Origin: Patescibacteria group bacterium UBA3466
GTDB taxonomy: Bacteria; Patescibacteriota; Minisyncoccia; Phycocordibacterales; UBA918
DNA: 64,000 nucleotides
Assembly: GCA_002378195.1 (NCBI GenBank)
Contig: DFRJ01000002.1
Span: 22,911-86,910 of the forward strand
Direction of reading: 5' to 3'
Shown here: piece by piece, positions 48,924 through 58,863 of the stretch
How positions within the stretch are numbered: the first letter of the stretch is position 1
Layout of the letters: each line of letters begins with the position of its first letter
Program-made: the position numbers and the translations under genes
The notes under the pieces: model-generated
Databases searched by the model: none
The model's input: only the letters and a program-made list of their open reading frames with translations
What the model was told of the DNA's origin: nothing

Positions 48924-51923
48924 ATGAAAAAAATGACTAATGATCGAGCGGTATTTGATAGTCAATACAAACTCCTCAATGACCAACAAAAAGAAGCGGT
49001 GGACACTATTGAAGGGCCGGTGATGGTGGTGGCTGGTCCAGGTACTGGAAAAACGCAAATTTTGACTTTAAGAATTGGAAAGATTCTGCTCGAAACTGAC
49101 ACTCAGCCAGACAGTATTCTAGCTCTCACCTTCACCGAAGCTGGTGCAAAAGCAATGAGAGAGCGACTGCATCGCTACATCGGAGCTGCAGCTTATCAGG
49201 TGTCAATCAATACCTTCCATGGTTTTGCGGAGAGACTTATTAGGGATTATCCGGATGCCTACGATCGGGTGGTAGGAGGTAGGGCAGCCAGCGATTTGGA
49301 TAAAATTGATATCATCGAAACCATCTTATCTGAACCGAGCTTCAAGCTACTGAGACCAATTGGAAATCCGTCTTATTATGTTAAGCCGATTATCAGTATT
49401 CTTGGTTCTCTAAAGAAGGAGTACATAACACCAAACAAACTAGCTGAGTTGATCGATTTACAGGAGGACACTTTGCAGGGGATTGAGCAGTACCATGCTA
49501 AGGGTGCCCATAAAGGGAAACAGCGAGGTGAATACACTAAGTTAGAAAAAGACATTGCCAAGAATCGGGAGTTGTTAGTTTTGTATCGGCAGTACGAGTT
49601 ACTTTTGTCCGAAAAAAGACTGTATGACTTCGAAGACATGATCGTAGAAACGGTGCGAGCGCTGGAGAGCAATGAAGATATGCTGCGTGACTTGCAGGAA
49701 AATTACCAGTACATTTTGGCTGATGAGCATCAAGACGTAAACGGCGCTCAGAATCGCATTCTGGAACTCTTGGCTAATTTTCATGATCAGCCCAACATCT
49801 TCGTGGTGGGGGATGAAAAACAAGCGATCTATCGTTTCCAGGGTGCGTCTTTGGAAAACTTTTTGTATTTTGAGACATTATTCCAGAATGCAAAACGCAT
49901 TAGTCTGACGGAAAACTATCGTTCTGGGCAAACTATTTTAGATTCTGCACATAGCTTAGTGGCGGTAGAAGGTGGCCCTCTGGCCTCGCTCAGGGTTCCA
50001 CTGGAAGCTAAAGCGGTAGACAGTTCGATAATTGAAGATCGCCATTTTTCGCACCAGGCGGTAGAAGATGCTTGGGTAGCCAACAGAGTAAAGCAATTGG
50101 TGTCTGACGGTATAGATCCAGATGAGATTGCTATTATTGTGCGGACAAACCGTGAGGTGGAATTATACGCTTCTTTGCTGCGGAAGGAAGGTGTGCAGGT
50201 AGAAGCTTCAGCTGACGGGGATATCCTAGATCATCCGATTACTCATAGCGTGCAAGATTTTATAGCCACAGTCACAGAAGGTCACAGTGAACAGGCGCTT
50301 TTCAAGCTGCTGCATGGAGCGTATTGGGAAATTTCAAATGATGACTTGGTGCGAATCGCTTCGGCCAGGAGCTATGATACGTCTTTGGTTAGCATCATCA
50401 CTGATGCCCAAAAGCTCACGGAGCTTGGCGTCGAGGGTGTTGAGTCGGTACTGAAAGTTAGTCAGGTGCTGGAAGAAGCTCGTGCGTTATCTGTCACTAT
50501 GCCGCCTCACAGGGTTTTAGAACTGCTTCTTACTAAAAGTGGCTTTCTGGATCACGTGATGGCCAATGATCCAATTGAAGGGCCGCGTGTAGTTAGGCGA
50601 GTTTATGATGAAATTGAGAAACTGGTCATCTACAATAGTAAGGCAACTTTGAGTGAGGTGAGCGAGGTCTTGCACAGTTATCGGGAACACCGGATTGCTC
50701 TAAATGCTCCTTATATTTCTTCTAATAAGAAATCAGTACAAGTGATGACTGCGCACAAGTCTAAAGGTTTGGAGTTTTCGGCGGTATTTGTACCGCATGT
50801 AGTTGATAGTGCCTGGGGTGGTACAAAGAAGCGTAATTTATTTAATATTCAATTTGGTGAGGAGGTGGCAGCTGAAGACTTAATCGACGATGAGAAACGC
50901 TTACTTTATGTAGCTATGACCAGAGCTAAGACGCAGCTGTTCTTTTCTAGTGCTGAGCAAAGTGGTGAAGGTAGGGAACTGATTCGCTCACGTCTATTTG
51001 ATGCAATAGACGAAACCACTATAAATCAATGTGACGTAGACAGTATTGAGTCAGAATTCAATCCAATTGGCGACCTGGCTTATAGCGACCAAGAAAGCTC
51101 GATCACACCGGCGTTGTTACTAAAACATTTATCTGATCGAGGATTGTCAGCAACGGCTTTAAATAACTACCTGGCCAGTCCGTATAACTACTTATATAGA
51201 AATGTCATGCGCATCCCTGAGGTGCAGGCGACGCCTATGCTGTTTGGAACTGCTATGCATGGCGTGATGGAAAGGGTGGTGAAAGGTTATGTTGCCGACA
51301 AAAAAATACTCAGTGCGACCGAGGTAAAGGCAGTGCTTGAGGTGCAGTTATCCAGACTGCCAATTAGTCAGGATGAATTTGTAAGATTGCATGAAAAAGG
51401 ACTAGAGTCCTTGTTGGCTTATATCAGCGAGATTAAAAATCAAATTAATGCTAATCATAAAGTGGAGTTTGCTGTCAGTGTGACACTGGAGACCGGGTTA
51501 GAAGAGCTTCCCGAATTGAAGCTGACTGGTAAATTAGATCGTTTGGATTTTGATGAGTCAGGTAGATTGCTGAGGGTGGTAGATTACAAAACTGGCAAAC
51601 CAAAGACTCGTAACCACATTGAAGGCAAGACCAAAGATTCCACTGGTGACTACAAGCGTCAGTTGGTATTTTATGCGCTGATGCTGTCTCTGTACGAAGA
51701 TGATAATTATAATTGTCGTGAAGGAGTTTTGTCATTTATCGAGCCAGATACTAAGGGTGTGATCCATGAGGAGGTTTTCCAAATTACCGATGAAGAGATC
51801 CTAGATTTAAAACAAGAACTGATTAGAGTGGCGAAGGAGATAGTCAGTGGAAGTTTTTTACTGACTCCTCCGACTGAGGATTGTGCGTATTGGGATCTAG
51901 CTAAGCAATTGGGTGGGGAATAA
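48924..51923 (+). CDS. UvrD/PcrA-like SF1 helicase fused to a C-terminal PD-(D/E)XK nuclease
   Basis: AGPGTGKT, LTFT..A, DEHQD, VGDEKQAIY.FQGA, ENYRS, T.H.SKGLEF, YVAMTRAK; GKLDRLD...VDYKTG...QL.FY. Confidence 0.92.
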   Translation: MKKMTNDRAVFDSQYKLLNDQQKEAVDTIEGPVMVVAGPGTGKTQILTLRIGKILLETDTQPDSILALTFTEAGAKAMRERLHRYIGAAAYQVSINTFHGFAERLIRDYPDAYDRVVGGRAASDLDKIDIIETILSEPSFKLLRPIGNPSYYVKPIISILGSLKKEYITPNKLAELIDLQEDTLQGIEQYHAKGAHKGKQRGEYTKLEKDIAKNRELLVLYRQYELLLSEKRLYDFEDMIVETVRALESNEDMLRDLQENYQYILADEHQDVNGAQNRILELLANFHDQPNIFVVGDEKQAIYRFQGASLENFLYFETLFQNAKRISLTENYRSGQTILDSAHSLVAVEGGPLASLRVPLEAKAVDSSIIEDRHFSHQAVEDAWVANRVKQLVSDGIDPDEIAIIVRTNREVELYASLLRKEGVQVEASADGDILDHPITHSVQDFIATVTEGHSEQALFKLLHGAYWEISNDDLVRIASARSYDTSLVSIITDAQKLTELGVEGVESVLKVSQVLEEARALSVTMPPHRVLELLLTKSGFLDHVMANDPIEGPRVVRRVYDEIEKLVIYNSKATLSEVSEVLHSYREHRIALNAPYISSNKKSVQVMTAHKSKGLEFSAVFVPHVVDSAWGGTKKRNLFNIQFGEEVAAEDLIDDEKRLLYVAMTRAKTQLFFSSAEQSGEGRELIRSRLFDAIDETTINQCDVDSIESEFNPIGDLAYSDQESSITPALLLKHLSDRGLSATALNNYLASPYNYLYRNVMRIPEVQATPMLFGTAMHGVMERVVKGYVADKKILSATEVKAVLEVQLSRLPISQDEFVRLHEKGLESLLAYISEIKNQINANHKVEFAVSVTLETGLEELPELKLTGKLDRLDFDESGRLLRVVDYKTGKPKTRNHIEGKTKDSTGDYKRQLVFYALMLSLYEDDNYNCREGVLSFIEPDTKGVIHEEVFQITDEEILDLKQELIRVAKEIVSGSFLLTPPTEDCAYWDLAKQLGGE

Positions 51924-51961
51924 TTAAAGGGCCGGAGCGAAGCTCCGGCCCTTTAATTATT
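51919..51961. terminator. Bidirectional terminator (GCCGG family) overlapping both stop codons
   Basis: AATAATTAAAGGGCCGGAGC-GAA-GCTCCGGCCCTTTAATTATT. Confidence 0.88.
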
Positions 51962-52730
51962 CGGTTGTGGTTGGTGTCGGGGTTTCCGTTCCTTCTAGTT
52001 GAGAGATCAAGGTATCGAGAATGTCTTTCACTACAGCGTAAGGTTGAGCTCCGTTGATGACAGCTTGCTGGTCACCAACGATCACAACAGAGTAGGGAGT
52101 GCCTCTTGCACCAATTCGAAAGGCTTCTTCTGCGCTAGCCAAAACCGCCTCCTGGTTTCGTCTTTCGTCAATACAATTGGCAAAATCGAGTTGAGAAATA
52201 CCAGCATCAAGAGCGTATTGTGGAAGGCGAGTTACGTTTGTTGGAGCGTCGAAGGCTCTTTCTTCAAAAAGAGTGTCGGTAAACGTCCAGAAAGCGTCAT
52301 TGCCTCCTAGTTCACCAACGCATAGTGCGGCCTCAGAAATCTTAGCAGCATTTGGGTGTAGTTGAGTGAGAGGGAACTGCCTAAATACCCAACCAACTTG
52401 TCCGTTAACACCGTACTCTTCCATGATGCTGTTCATGGTGCTGTGGTATTCCTTACAGTACGGACACTCATAATCTGAGTATTCTATGATCATGATGGGA
52501 GCGTTCGGATTACCTTTGATGTAGTCTGTCTCATCTATGGTGCGAGGAGTACCGCTTTCAATGATCACTTCTTCATCTGCTTCGACTACTGTTACTGTTT
52601 CTGTTGGCTCATTACTGCTAGTAAAGAATATAGCGACAGCGATCATCGCAAAACCAACAATAATAGCGATAGGAATAGCCGGAGAGGTTTTGGTGGCGTC
52701 GGTTTGTTGTGTTTCAAAAGAAGGTTCCAT
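51957..52730 (-). CDS. DsbA-family thiol-disulfide oxidoreductase
   Basis: TM anchor, EYSDYECPYC, RQFPL...HP, GTP, GAQPY. Confidence 0.92.
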   Translation of the reverse strand: MEPSFETQQTDATKTSPAIPIAIIVGFAMIAVAIFFTSSNEPTETVTVVEADEEVIIESGTPRTIDETDYIKGNPNAPIMIIEYSDYECPYCKEYHSTMNSIMEEYGVNGQVGWVFRQFPLTQLHPNAAKISEAALCVGELGGNDAFWTFTDTLFEERAFDAPTNVTRLPQYALDAGISQLDFANCIDERRNQEAVLASAEEAFRIGARGTPYSVVIVGDQQAVINGAQPYAVVKDILDTLISQLEGTETPTPTTTE

Positions 52731-52805
52731 TGATGAGTAGGTTACTAAATAAGTATTAACAATGAAATTATATCACAGGCATATCAATGCTATACTCAAT
52801 CTGAT

Positions 52806-53618
52806 ATGGAATGGCTAGATGCAGTTATATTAGGTTTGGTGCAAGGAGTGACAGAGTTTTTGCCAGTGTCTTCAACTGGGCACTTAGTTTTGGTTCATGA
52901 ATGGTTGATGTTAGACCAAACCAACGCGCTGGCGTTTGACGCCATTTTACACTTTGCAACCACGGCCGCAGTCATCGTTTACTTTTGGTCAGACATTTGG
53001 AATTTGCTACAAGCAGTTTTGCGAAAGCTGGGTAGGTTGCCGGTCAATCAGAAAGACATAACTTTATTTAATGCCCTGGTGGTAGGTACGATCCCGGCGG
53101 TAGTGATTGGTTTGGCTTTACAGGGTCTGGTTCAGGAGCATTTGCGCAACTCACTCTTTGTGGCGGGCGCATTATTTTTTGCTTCGATGTTTTTCTTGTA
53201 TGTAGAATGGCGGTATTATCTGCAACCTCCGCACGGCGAAATAAACATCAAGCGTGGTTTTTGGGTCGGTGTATTTCAAGCGTTGGCTTTGATTCCGGGT
53301 ATGTCACGTTCCGGATCCACTATCGCTGGAGGTATGCTACTTGGTATGACCAGACTCGAAGCTACTCGCTTTTCTTTTTTGTTGGCTATTCCGATTACCT
53401 TAGGGGTTGGTATCAAGATGAGTATCGATCTCCTAGACGCTGACGGTGTCGTCAATTGGTCAGTTATTTGGCTAGGTGCAGCAGTGGCTTTTTTGACTGC
53501 CTTGCTCGTTATTCACTTTTTCTTACGGTTCATCCGGAAGTACACGCTGTGGCCATTTGTGTGGTATGGCATCATTTTGGCCAGCATGGTGGCTTACGTA
53601 TCCGTTTTTACTATTTAA
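52806..53618 (+). CDS. uppP: Undecaprenyl-diphosphate phosphatase
   Basis: GLVQG.TEFLPVSSTGH, ALIPG.SRSG.TI, FSFLLAIP. Confidence 0.95.
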   Translation: MEWLDAVILGLVQGVTEFLPVSSTGHLVLVHEWLMLDQTNALAFDAILHFATTAAVIVYFWSDIWNLLQAVLRKLGRLPVNQKDITLFNALVVGTIPAVVIGLALQGLVQEHLRNSLFVAGALFFASMFFLYVEWRYYLQPPHGEINIKRGFWVGVFQALALIPGMSRSGSTIAGGMLLGMTRLEATRFSFLLAIPITLGVGIKMSIDLLDADGVVNWSVIWLGAAVAFLTALLVIHFFLRFIRKYTLWPFVWYGIILASMVAYVSVFTI

Positions 53619-54190
53619 AATAGCATGGAGTGAGTCATGGCTGATTCGTCTGCCTCTTCCCATTTCGAAGTGTCCAAAGGAATCTCTTTCTTACGGTGGC
53701 CGTCCTTAAATTTTACGTGACCGTTCTGGCGTGCGTACTCGAAAACATCTTTGGTTACTTTAACGTCCTGTTCGCAATATTTTTTGATGTCTTTGATGTT
53801 ACCTTCGCGCCACCAACGTACCGCCTGCAGACCATCGGCTGATTTTTTGGCACCGACGGTAGCTTGAGCTACGCTGTCTAAACGAAGGCGTCGACCTAGA
53901 GATTCCTTAATGTCTTCCAGTAGGTCAATACTCTTAATTTGGGTGAGGTCGCCTGGGTAGTATTTATTTAAAAGTGGTACATCAAAATGGTTGCTGTTAT
54001 ATCCCACCAAAGCATCAGCTTTTTCAATAATCGGCCAGAGTTGATCAATTTCATCGATAGTGACGGTGGTGTATTTTTCGGTTTCGCTATCGTAGACAGT
54101 CGCGACAGAAATATCTAGATCAGTTGGGTCATTAGATCCGACATCCTGAAAAATGTTCTGTGTTTCTAAGTCGAAGACAATGTATCGCAT
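53615..54190 (-). CDS. RNase H-like DEDD-superfamily exonuclease (YprB/RNase_H_2-like)
   Basis: VFDLET, GYN...FD.P.L, L..VA, YC.QDV..T. Confidence 0.85.
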   Translation of the reverse strand: MRYIVFDLETQNIFQDVGSNDPTDLDISVATVYDSETEKYTTVTIDEIDQLWPIIEKADALVGYNSNHFDVPLLNKYYPGDLTQIKSIDLLEDIKESLGRRLRLDSVAQATVGAKKSADGLQAVRWWREGNIKDIKKYCEQDVKVTKDVFEYARQNGHVKFKDGHRKKEIPLDTSKWEEADESAMTHSMLF

Positions 54191-54311
54191 GAGTGTGATT
54201 GTAACATTAACTAATAATGACGCGCAGTAATTTTAAACTTGCAAAAAATATCAATCTGTAGTCTCATAGGTAAAATTTGTACTTTTGCACTTTGACTACA
54301 AGAGGCTGCTT

Positions 54312-55067
54312 ATGAGCGACCAAAATAATCAGCCTGCTAGTGGGCTGCGGAGGAAGTTAAAGGTCTCCGATTTATGGCGACGTTTTACCGGTTCGTCGTT
54401 TCCGATTAACCCTACGGTAGAAGACATGGGCAAGGAGATTTTTCAGTTTGCGACCAACCTGTTTGGCGAAGACTTCATTAACCCGTCAGAAGTTATTTAT
54501 GACTACAATGAAGAACAGTTGTTTAAGCTGTATCAGCATTTCTTGGTGTTTTGTGACTTGGCTACTTTGCCGATGGAGAATGCGTTTTTGGTGCCAGGAC
54601 CGCCAATTAATCTGACCTTTGCCGATATGATGGAAGAACCCATTTATTGCTTTACTGACCAAACTGTTCAGTTGGCCAGAGATGGTGATCAGTCAAACAT
54701 TGATTACTTGCTGAATATGGAGGATGTACCGGGTTGCAATTGGCTGGTGTTCCTGAAATCTGGTTTTCCTGACAGTGACGGTAAAATGCTAGAGAGGCAG
54801 TTGGAAGCTGCTGGTAAGCAAGATCGCTTTCGTCCCGCCACTGCGGTAGAAGCCTATTACTGTTTATGGCAATACCTAAAAGTACGTGGGATAAATTTGC
54901 TAAAGCAGAATATCAGACTACGCACCAGTTCGGTCTCTAGCAATGATCAAAATGTAGTTGTTAAATTGCACGGTGGTGACGGCTTTATGATTACTGACTG
55001 GCGTGAAAACAAAGAGATGTGCGAAGGGTTGTTTATGTCTGGGGTGTGGGTCTATGACCCGCCTTGA
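54312..55067 (+). CDS. Hypothetical protein
   Basis: 251-aa ORF with GAGG upstream and a downstream terminator. Confidence 0.65.
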   Translation: MSDQNNQPASGLRRKLKVSDLWRRFTGSSFPINPTVEDMGKEIFQFATNLFGEDFINPSEVIYDYNEEQLFKLYQHFLVFCDLATLPMENAFLVPGPPINLTFADMMEEPIYCFTDQTVQLARDGDQSNIDYLLNMEDVPGCNWLVFLKSGFPDSDGKMLERQLEAAGKQDRFRPATAVEAYYCLWQYLKVRGINLLKQNIRLRTSSVSSNDQNVVVKLHGGDGFMITDWRENKEMCEGLFMSGVWVYDPP

Positions 55068-55095
55068 CTACAAGGTCGTTCGCAGCTCGTGGCTC

Positions 55096-55120
55096 AAAAC
55101 CCGACTTCGGTCGGGTTTTT
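55096..55120. terminator. Bidirectional terminator (cUUCGg loop)
   Basis: AAAACCCGAC-TTCG-GTCGGGTTTT. Confidence 0.88.
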
Positions 55121-55581
55121 TAAATAGAAAAGAAGTCCGCTGGTTGGCGGACTTCGTCGGGTATGTTTTGTTTTAGGATGGTGACGGAGCGACAATTTCC
55201 AGTGTTGTCGGGGTCGTAATCTCCAACCGTCATCATCAGCATCAGCATTTTATTCTCTCGATCGTGAGCCAAGGAGACGATGGGGATATAGCCTCGTTCG
55301 AACTCCTTATCAATAAGATCGTGTAGATTGAGACCGCTCTTTTCTTCAATGGCAGACACATAAATGATATGAGTTTTAACACGATGGGGTAACATGAAGG
55401 TGACATGTATCAGCTCACCATGGTTTGACATACCCCAATTGTCCGCCTGAAAGTGCCTGATGCGCTGTTTTGTTAAGTGTTGTAGGCAGGTCTCGTCGAT
55501 CGTTAGATTGTTCGGGTTAGCGAGTGTAGACATATTTACACTCATCATGATTACTACGATAAAGAACTGACAAGTACGCAT
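55120..55581 (-). CDS. Secreted orphan protein
   Basis: Signal peptide, SD AGGAGGTG, upstream TTGACT-17-TAAGCT promoter. Confidence 0.65.
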   Translation of the reverse strand: MRTCQFFIVVIMMSVNMSTLANPNNLTIDETCLQHLTKQRIRHFQADNWGMSNHGELIHVTFMLPHRVKTHIIYVSAIEEKSGLNLHDLIDKEFERGYIPIVSLAHDRENKMLMLMMTVGDYDPDNTGNCRSVTILKQNIPDEVRQPADFFSI

Positions 55582-55653
55582 TTTCACCTCCTAATGGTGA
55601 TTTGTTATTCAGATTAGAGCTTAAGGGTAAATAGGTGGCTAGTCAATGGTATG

Positions 55654-56220
55654 TTAATCAGTCAAATGAGATTTGTTGTTTAGGACTGACAGTCTCTCGT
55701 CCATCGCTTTTTGGATCATGGCTTGTAGGTTGCGAGGGTCGGGTAGTCCGGTAGTTTTGAAATTACTTTCGAACGCTCCAGCGGTTTGAGCCTGAACGGT
55801 GCCAAAGTTGAGCATGGTCGGAATAAAACCTTTGACGCTAAACTCGATGTCTTGTAGTCGTTCGAGTCTAAAAATACTCACGCTCCGGTTAAAGAAGTGA
55901 ATCTGATCGACTAAGATAATCCGGCGATCGGTAATGATCCAAGAGTCTAAATAATAGTGAGTCCAAGTAGTAAAAGCCGCCATGATGGTCAGGATGGTCC
56001 AGAGAACAATACAGAAAGTGATGAGTGGGATTTGATTACTTAGATTAAAGTCTAGATTTACTAACTCACTTGGCATAAGCAAGAAGCCGGCCAATAGAAA
56101 GAAGGGGAGTAACAGCATTAGAAACGAGGCAAATAGTTCGGTAACAATAATAAACCAGTGCTTTCGAACAACAGTTAGCACCTCTTCTTCTGGTTCTAGT
56201 TGGATTCTTTCAAATAACAT
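55654..56220 (-). CDS. Membrane protein with a bacterial PH domain
   Basis: E.V..VVRKHW, two TM helices, W.IT.RR.I, L..LQD.....G....LNFG.V..QTAG. Confidence 0.82.
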   Translation of the reverse strand: MLFERIQLEPEEEVLTVVRKHWFIIVTELFASFLMLLLPFFLLAGFLLMPSELVNLDFNLSNQIPLITFCIVLWTILTIMAAFTTWTHYYLDSWIITDRRIILVDQIHFFNRSVSIFRLERLQDIEFSVKGFIPTMLNFGTVQAQTAGAFESNFKTTGLPDPRNLQAMIQKAMDERLSVLNNKSHLTD

Positions 56221-56221
56221 A

Positions 56222-56443
56222 TTAAATAAGCATTAGGAGAGCACCAGCGATGATCACAAGGGGTACGCTGCTGGCAAAATACAGCATAAGTGTAAAAGAG
56301 GTAACCTTTAGGTCGGATCCGTAAGTTTTCCAGTGGTAAACCAAGATGGCACTGTAAACTATATAAATAAACAAAGCTACCAAGAATGCGATATTGGCAA
56401 CAGATTGGATGCTTAGGTTGATGGTGAGTCCTGTCTCAAGCAT
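56222..56443 (-). CDS. Small membrane protein with two TM helices
   Basis: Operonic spacing between prmC and the PH-domain gene; YS.IL.YHW..YG. Confidence 0.7.
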   Translation of the reverse strand: MLETGLTINLSIQSVANIAFLVALFIYIVYSAILVYHWKTYGSDLKVTSFTLMLYFASSVPLVIIAGALLMLI

Positions 56444-56447
56444 GAGA

Positions 56448-57218
56448 TTATTGTAGCACTAAGATGGAGTAGCGTTCGACGTTGTATTGGTCTTTGTGGG
56501 TTGAGATTAAAAAGTTGTGTTTGTTAGCCAGTTGGGCCATGTCTTTAGTTTGTTCTGGTTCATGTTCAATCCATAGTTGGCCACCTGGAGCTAAATACTC
56601 CGGAGCCTTAGAGATGATGCTCGTGATTATTTCCATGCCTTTTTCTCCGCCAAACAGAGCGAGGTAAGGCTCGTTTGTTTTTACTGACTCATCGGTGCGG
56701 TCGAGAGATTCGTCAATGTATGGTGGGTTAGAAAAAATAAAATCGTACTTACCTGCAAGGTTGGTAAATAAGTTGGAGTGAACTACACGACATTGGTTTT
56801 GGTCGGTAATGTTCTCGGTAATATTTTTTTGAATAGTAGTTATTAGATTGGTGTCGATCTCGGCCAAATCAACCGCTGTATCTGGTAGTGCTTTGGCTAG
56901 AGCCACACCAATGCAGCCGCTACCGGCACACAGATCGAGAATTTTAGTTTTTCCCGCATCTATGCCAAGAGAAGGGGTGTTACTGTTTTTTAAGGTATCG
57001 ATGGCTTCGTTGATCCAAAACTCGGTTTCGGGGCGGGGGATAAGCGGGTGTTTGTCGAGCCAGATTTTACAGTTTAGAAAAGGAACAAAACCAATGAGGT
57101 AGGCGAGTGGTTCGCCGAGAGCCAGGCGTTTGCAGTCGGTGAAAAAAGCTGCGCTTTTTTCACCGCCGTATTTTTCTTCGAGTAGCCACTCCATGTCAGT
57201 TTTGTTTGTGTTCTTCAT
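56448..57218 (-). CDS. prmC: Release factor glutamine methyltransferase (HemK)
   Basis: GEPLAY..G, LIPRPETE, LDLCAGSGCIG, SNPPYI, EP..ALFGG. Confidence 0.93.
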   Translation of the reverse strand: MKNTNKTDMEWLLEEKYGGEKSAAFFTDCKRLALGEPLAYLIGFVPFLNCKIWLDKHPLIPRPETEFWINEAIDTLKNSNTPSLGIDAGKTKILDLCAGSGCIGVALAKALPDTAVDLAEIDTNLITTIQKNITENITDQNQCRVVHSNLFTNLAGKYDFIFSNPPYIDESLDRTDESVKTNEPYLALFGGEKGMEIITSIISKAPEYLAPGGQLWIEHEPEQTKDMAQLANKHNFLISTHKDQYNVERYSILVLQ

Positions 57219-57294
57219 CTATATTACAATGCGATAAATTTAGTCATTAGTCAACTAGAGTAAGGTTGAGTGATTTACTGCTATACTGTCGCGT

Positions 57295-58050
57295 ATGTCA
57301 GACTACATCTTAGAGATTAAAGATCTCATCAAAGACTACGGCAGTGGCAAGAGTGCCAGTCGCGCCGTCAACGGTATTAATTTAAATATTAAAAAGGGGA
57401 GCTTTTTTGGTCTACTGGGCCCTAACGGGGCTGGTAAAAGTACAACCATTCATTGTATTACCGGTATTGCGCAGCCTACTGCAGGCCAAATCTTTATTAA
57501 TGGTGTCGACGTGGTGAAAGACTACAAGCTCGCCCGCACCAAAGTGGGCTTATCGCCGCAGGAATTTAATGTGGATATTTTTGCTACTCCTTTGCAATTG
57601 ATGGACTACATGGCTGGTTATTATGGTATCGATAGTAAAACTCGAAAAGACAGAATCGAAACTTTGATTGAACAGTTTGATTTGCAACAGCATCGTGATG
57701 TAAAGTTTCAGAAATTATCAGGCGGCTTAAAACGTCGAGCTATGTTAGGGAGGGCGTTGGTGCATACGCCGGACTTGTTGATTCTGGATGAGCCAACGGC
57801 CGGAGTAGATGTCGAACAACGTCGAGATTTATGGCAGTACCTAAAAGAACTTAACGCAGGTGGAAAAACCATCATTCTCACCTCGCACTACTTAGAAGAG
57901 ATTCAGTATTTGTGTAATGAAATTGCGATAATAAATCATGGTCAAATTGTAGCGGAGGGTACTAAGGAAGAATTTATGCGAGACGGCAAAAGTGTTGAAG
58001 ATACGTACTTAGAAATTACTAGAAGCGCTAATAGTAAAAAACATGATTAA
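57295..58050 (+). CDS. ABC-2 transporter ATP-binding protein (YadG-like)
   Basis: GPNGAGKST, LSGGLKRR, LILDEPTAGVD, SHYLEE. Confidence 0.93.
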   Translation: MSDYILEIKDLIKDYGSGKSASRAVNGINLNIKKGSFFGLLGPNGAGKSTTIHCITGIAQPTAGQIFINGVDVVKDYKLARTKVGLSPQEFNVDIFATPLQLMDYMAGYYGIDSKTRKDRIETLIEQFDLQQHRDVKFQKLSGGLKRRAMLGRALVHTPDLLILDEPTAGVDVEQRRDLWQYLKELNAGGKTIILTSHYLEEIQYLCNEIAIINHGQIVAEGTKEEFMRDGKSVEDTYLEITRSANSKKHD

Positions 58051-58807
58051 CTGGATTGGTTTATATACAATGTTTCGACGTGAGGTAGAGAGAACGTTGC
58101 GGGTAGTGGTACAAACTTTGGTTGCTCCAGTGGTCTCAGCCGCTTTGTACTTGTTTATATTTGGAACAGTAATTGGGACTAAGATCGAAGACTTTGCCGG
58201 TGTGCCATACATCCAGTTTGTTTTCCCTGGTGTTTTGATGTTGTCGGTGATCAATGCTTCGTTCGCCAGTTCTTCTTCAGCTCTTTATTTCATGCGCTTC
58301 ACTCGTGGTATTGAAGAGGTTTTGATCGCCCCGTTTTCATACTTGGAGATGCTGATTGGTTTTGTTGGTAGTGCGGTAGTGCGGGCGGTGATGGTGGCGT
58401 GTTTGATTTTGGTAACAGGAATTTTGTTCGGGGCTATCTCGTTAGTTAATCCATTTGGATTCTTTCTATACGTGGTCGCGATATCAGCTATTTTTGCCAT
58501 GCTGGGAATTATTGTGGCGCTGTGGGCCGAAAGTTTTGAGCAGTTACAAGTTCTTAATACCTTCGTCATTACTCCACTCACATACCTTGGCGGAATCTTT
58601 TACTCGATTACGTTTCTGCCAGAGCTAGCTGCAACTATCACTCGCTTCAATCCATTCTTTTATTTTGCCGATGGGATAAGGAGTGCGATGATTGGTTACA
58701 GTGAGGCCAATACTATAATTGGGGTAGTGGTGATATCAGCTTTAATAGCATTTTTGGGTATTATGCTGACCGTGTTGTTTAGGAGAGGTTGGAAGATTAG
58801 ATATTAA
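58043..58807 (+). CDS. ABC-2 transporter permease (YadH-like)
   Basis: RE..R..R...QTL..P, PL.YLGG.FYS, NP.FY..DG.R; six TM helices. Confidence 0.9.
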   Translation: MINWIGLYTMFRREVERTLRVVVQTLVAPVVSAALYLFIFGTVIGTKIEDFAGVPYIQFVFPGVLMLSVINASFASSSSALYFMRFTRGIEEVLIAPFSYLEMLIGFVGSAVVRAVMVACLILVTGILFGAISLVNPFGFFLYVVAISAIFAMLGIIVALWAESFEQLQVLNTFVITPLTYLGGIFYSITFLPELAATITRFNPFFYFADGIRSAMIGYSEANTIIGVVVISALIAFLGIMLTVLFRRGWKIRY

Positions 58808-58817
58808 AGTTGCCCAC

Positions 58818-58844
58818 ATGGCCGGCCCCTTCGGGGCCGGCCAT
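58818..58844. repeat. GCCGGC-family hairpin with a weak T tract
   Basis: ATGGCCGGCCCC-TTC-GGGGCCGGCCAT; its core is the reverse complement of the core at 59869-59905. Confidence 0.8.
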
Positions 58845-58863
58845 TTGCTAAACTTAAGTCAGT

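Noticed and set aside
48924-54190. Helicase-nuclease plus DEDD nuclease as an anti-phage defence system
   Set aside because: The genes are not adjacent or co-oriented and sit among housekeeping genes. A DNA-repair role is more parsimonious.
54312-55067. Possible C-type-lectin-fold target of a diversity-generating retroelement
   Set aside because: The resemblance at the C-terminus is only vague, and no template repeat or reverse transcriptase is in the window.
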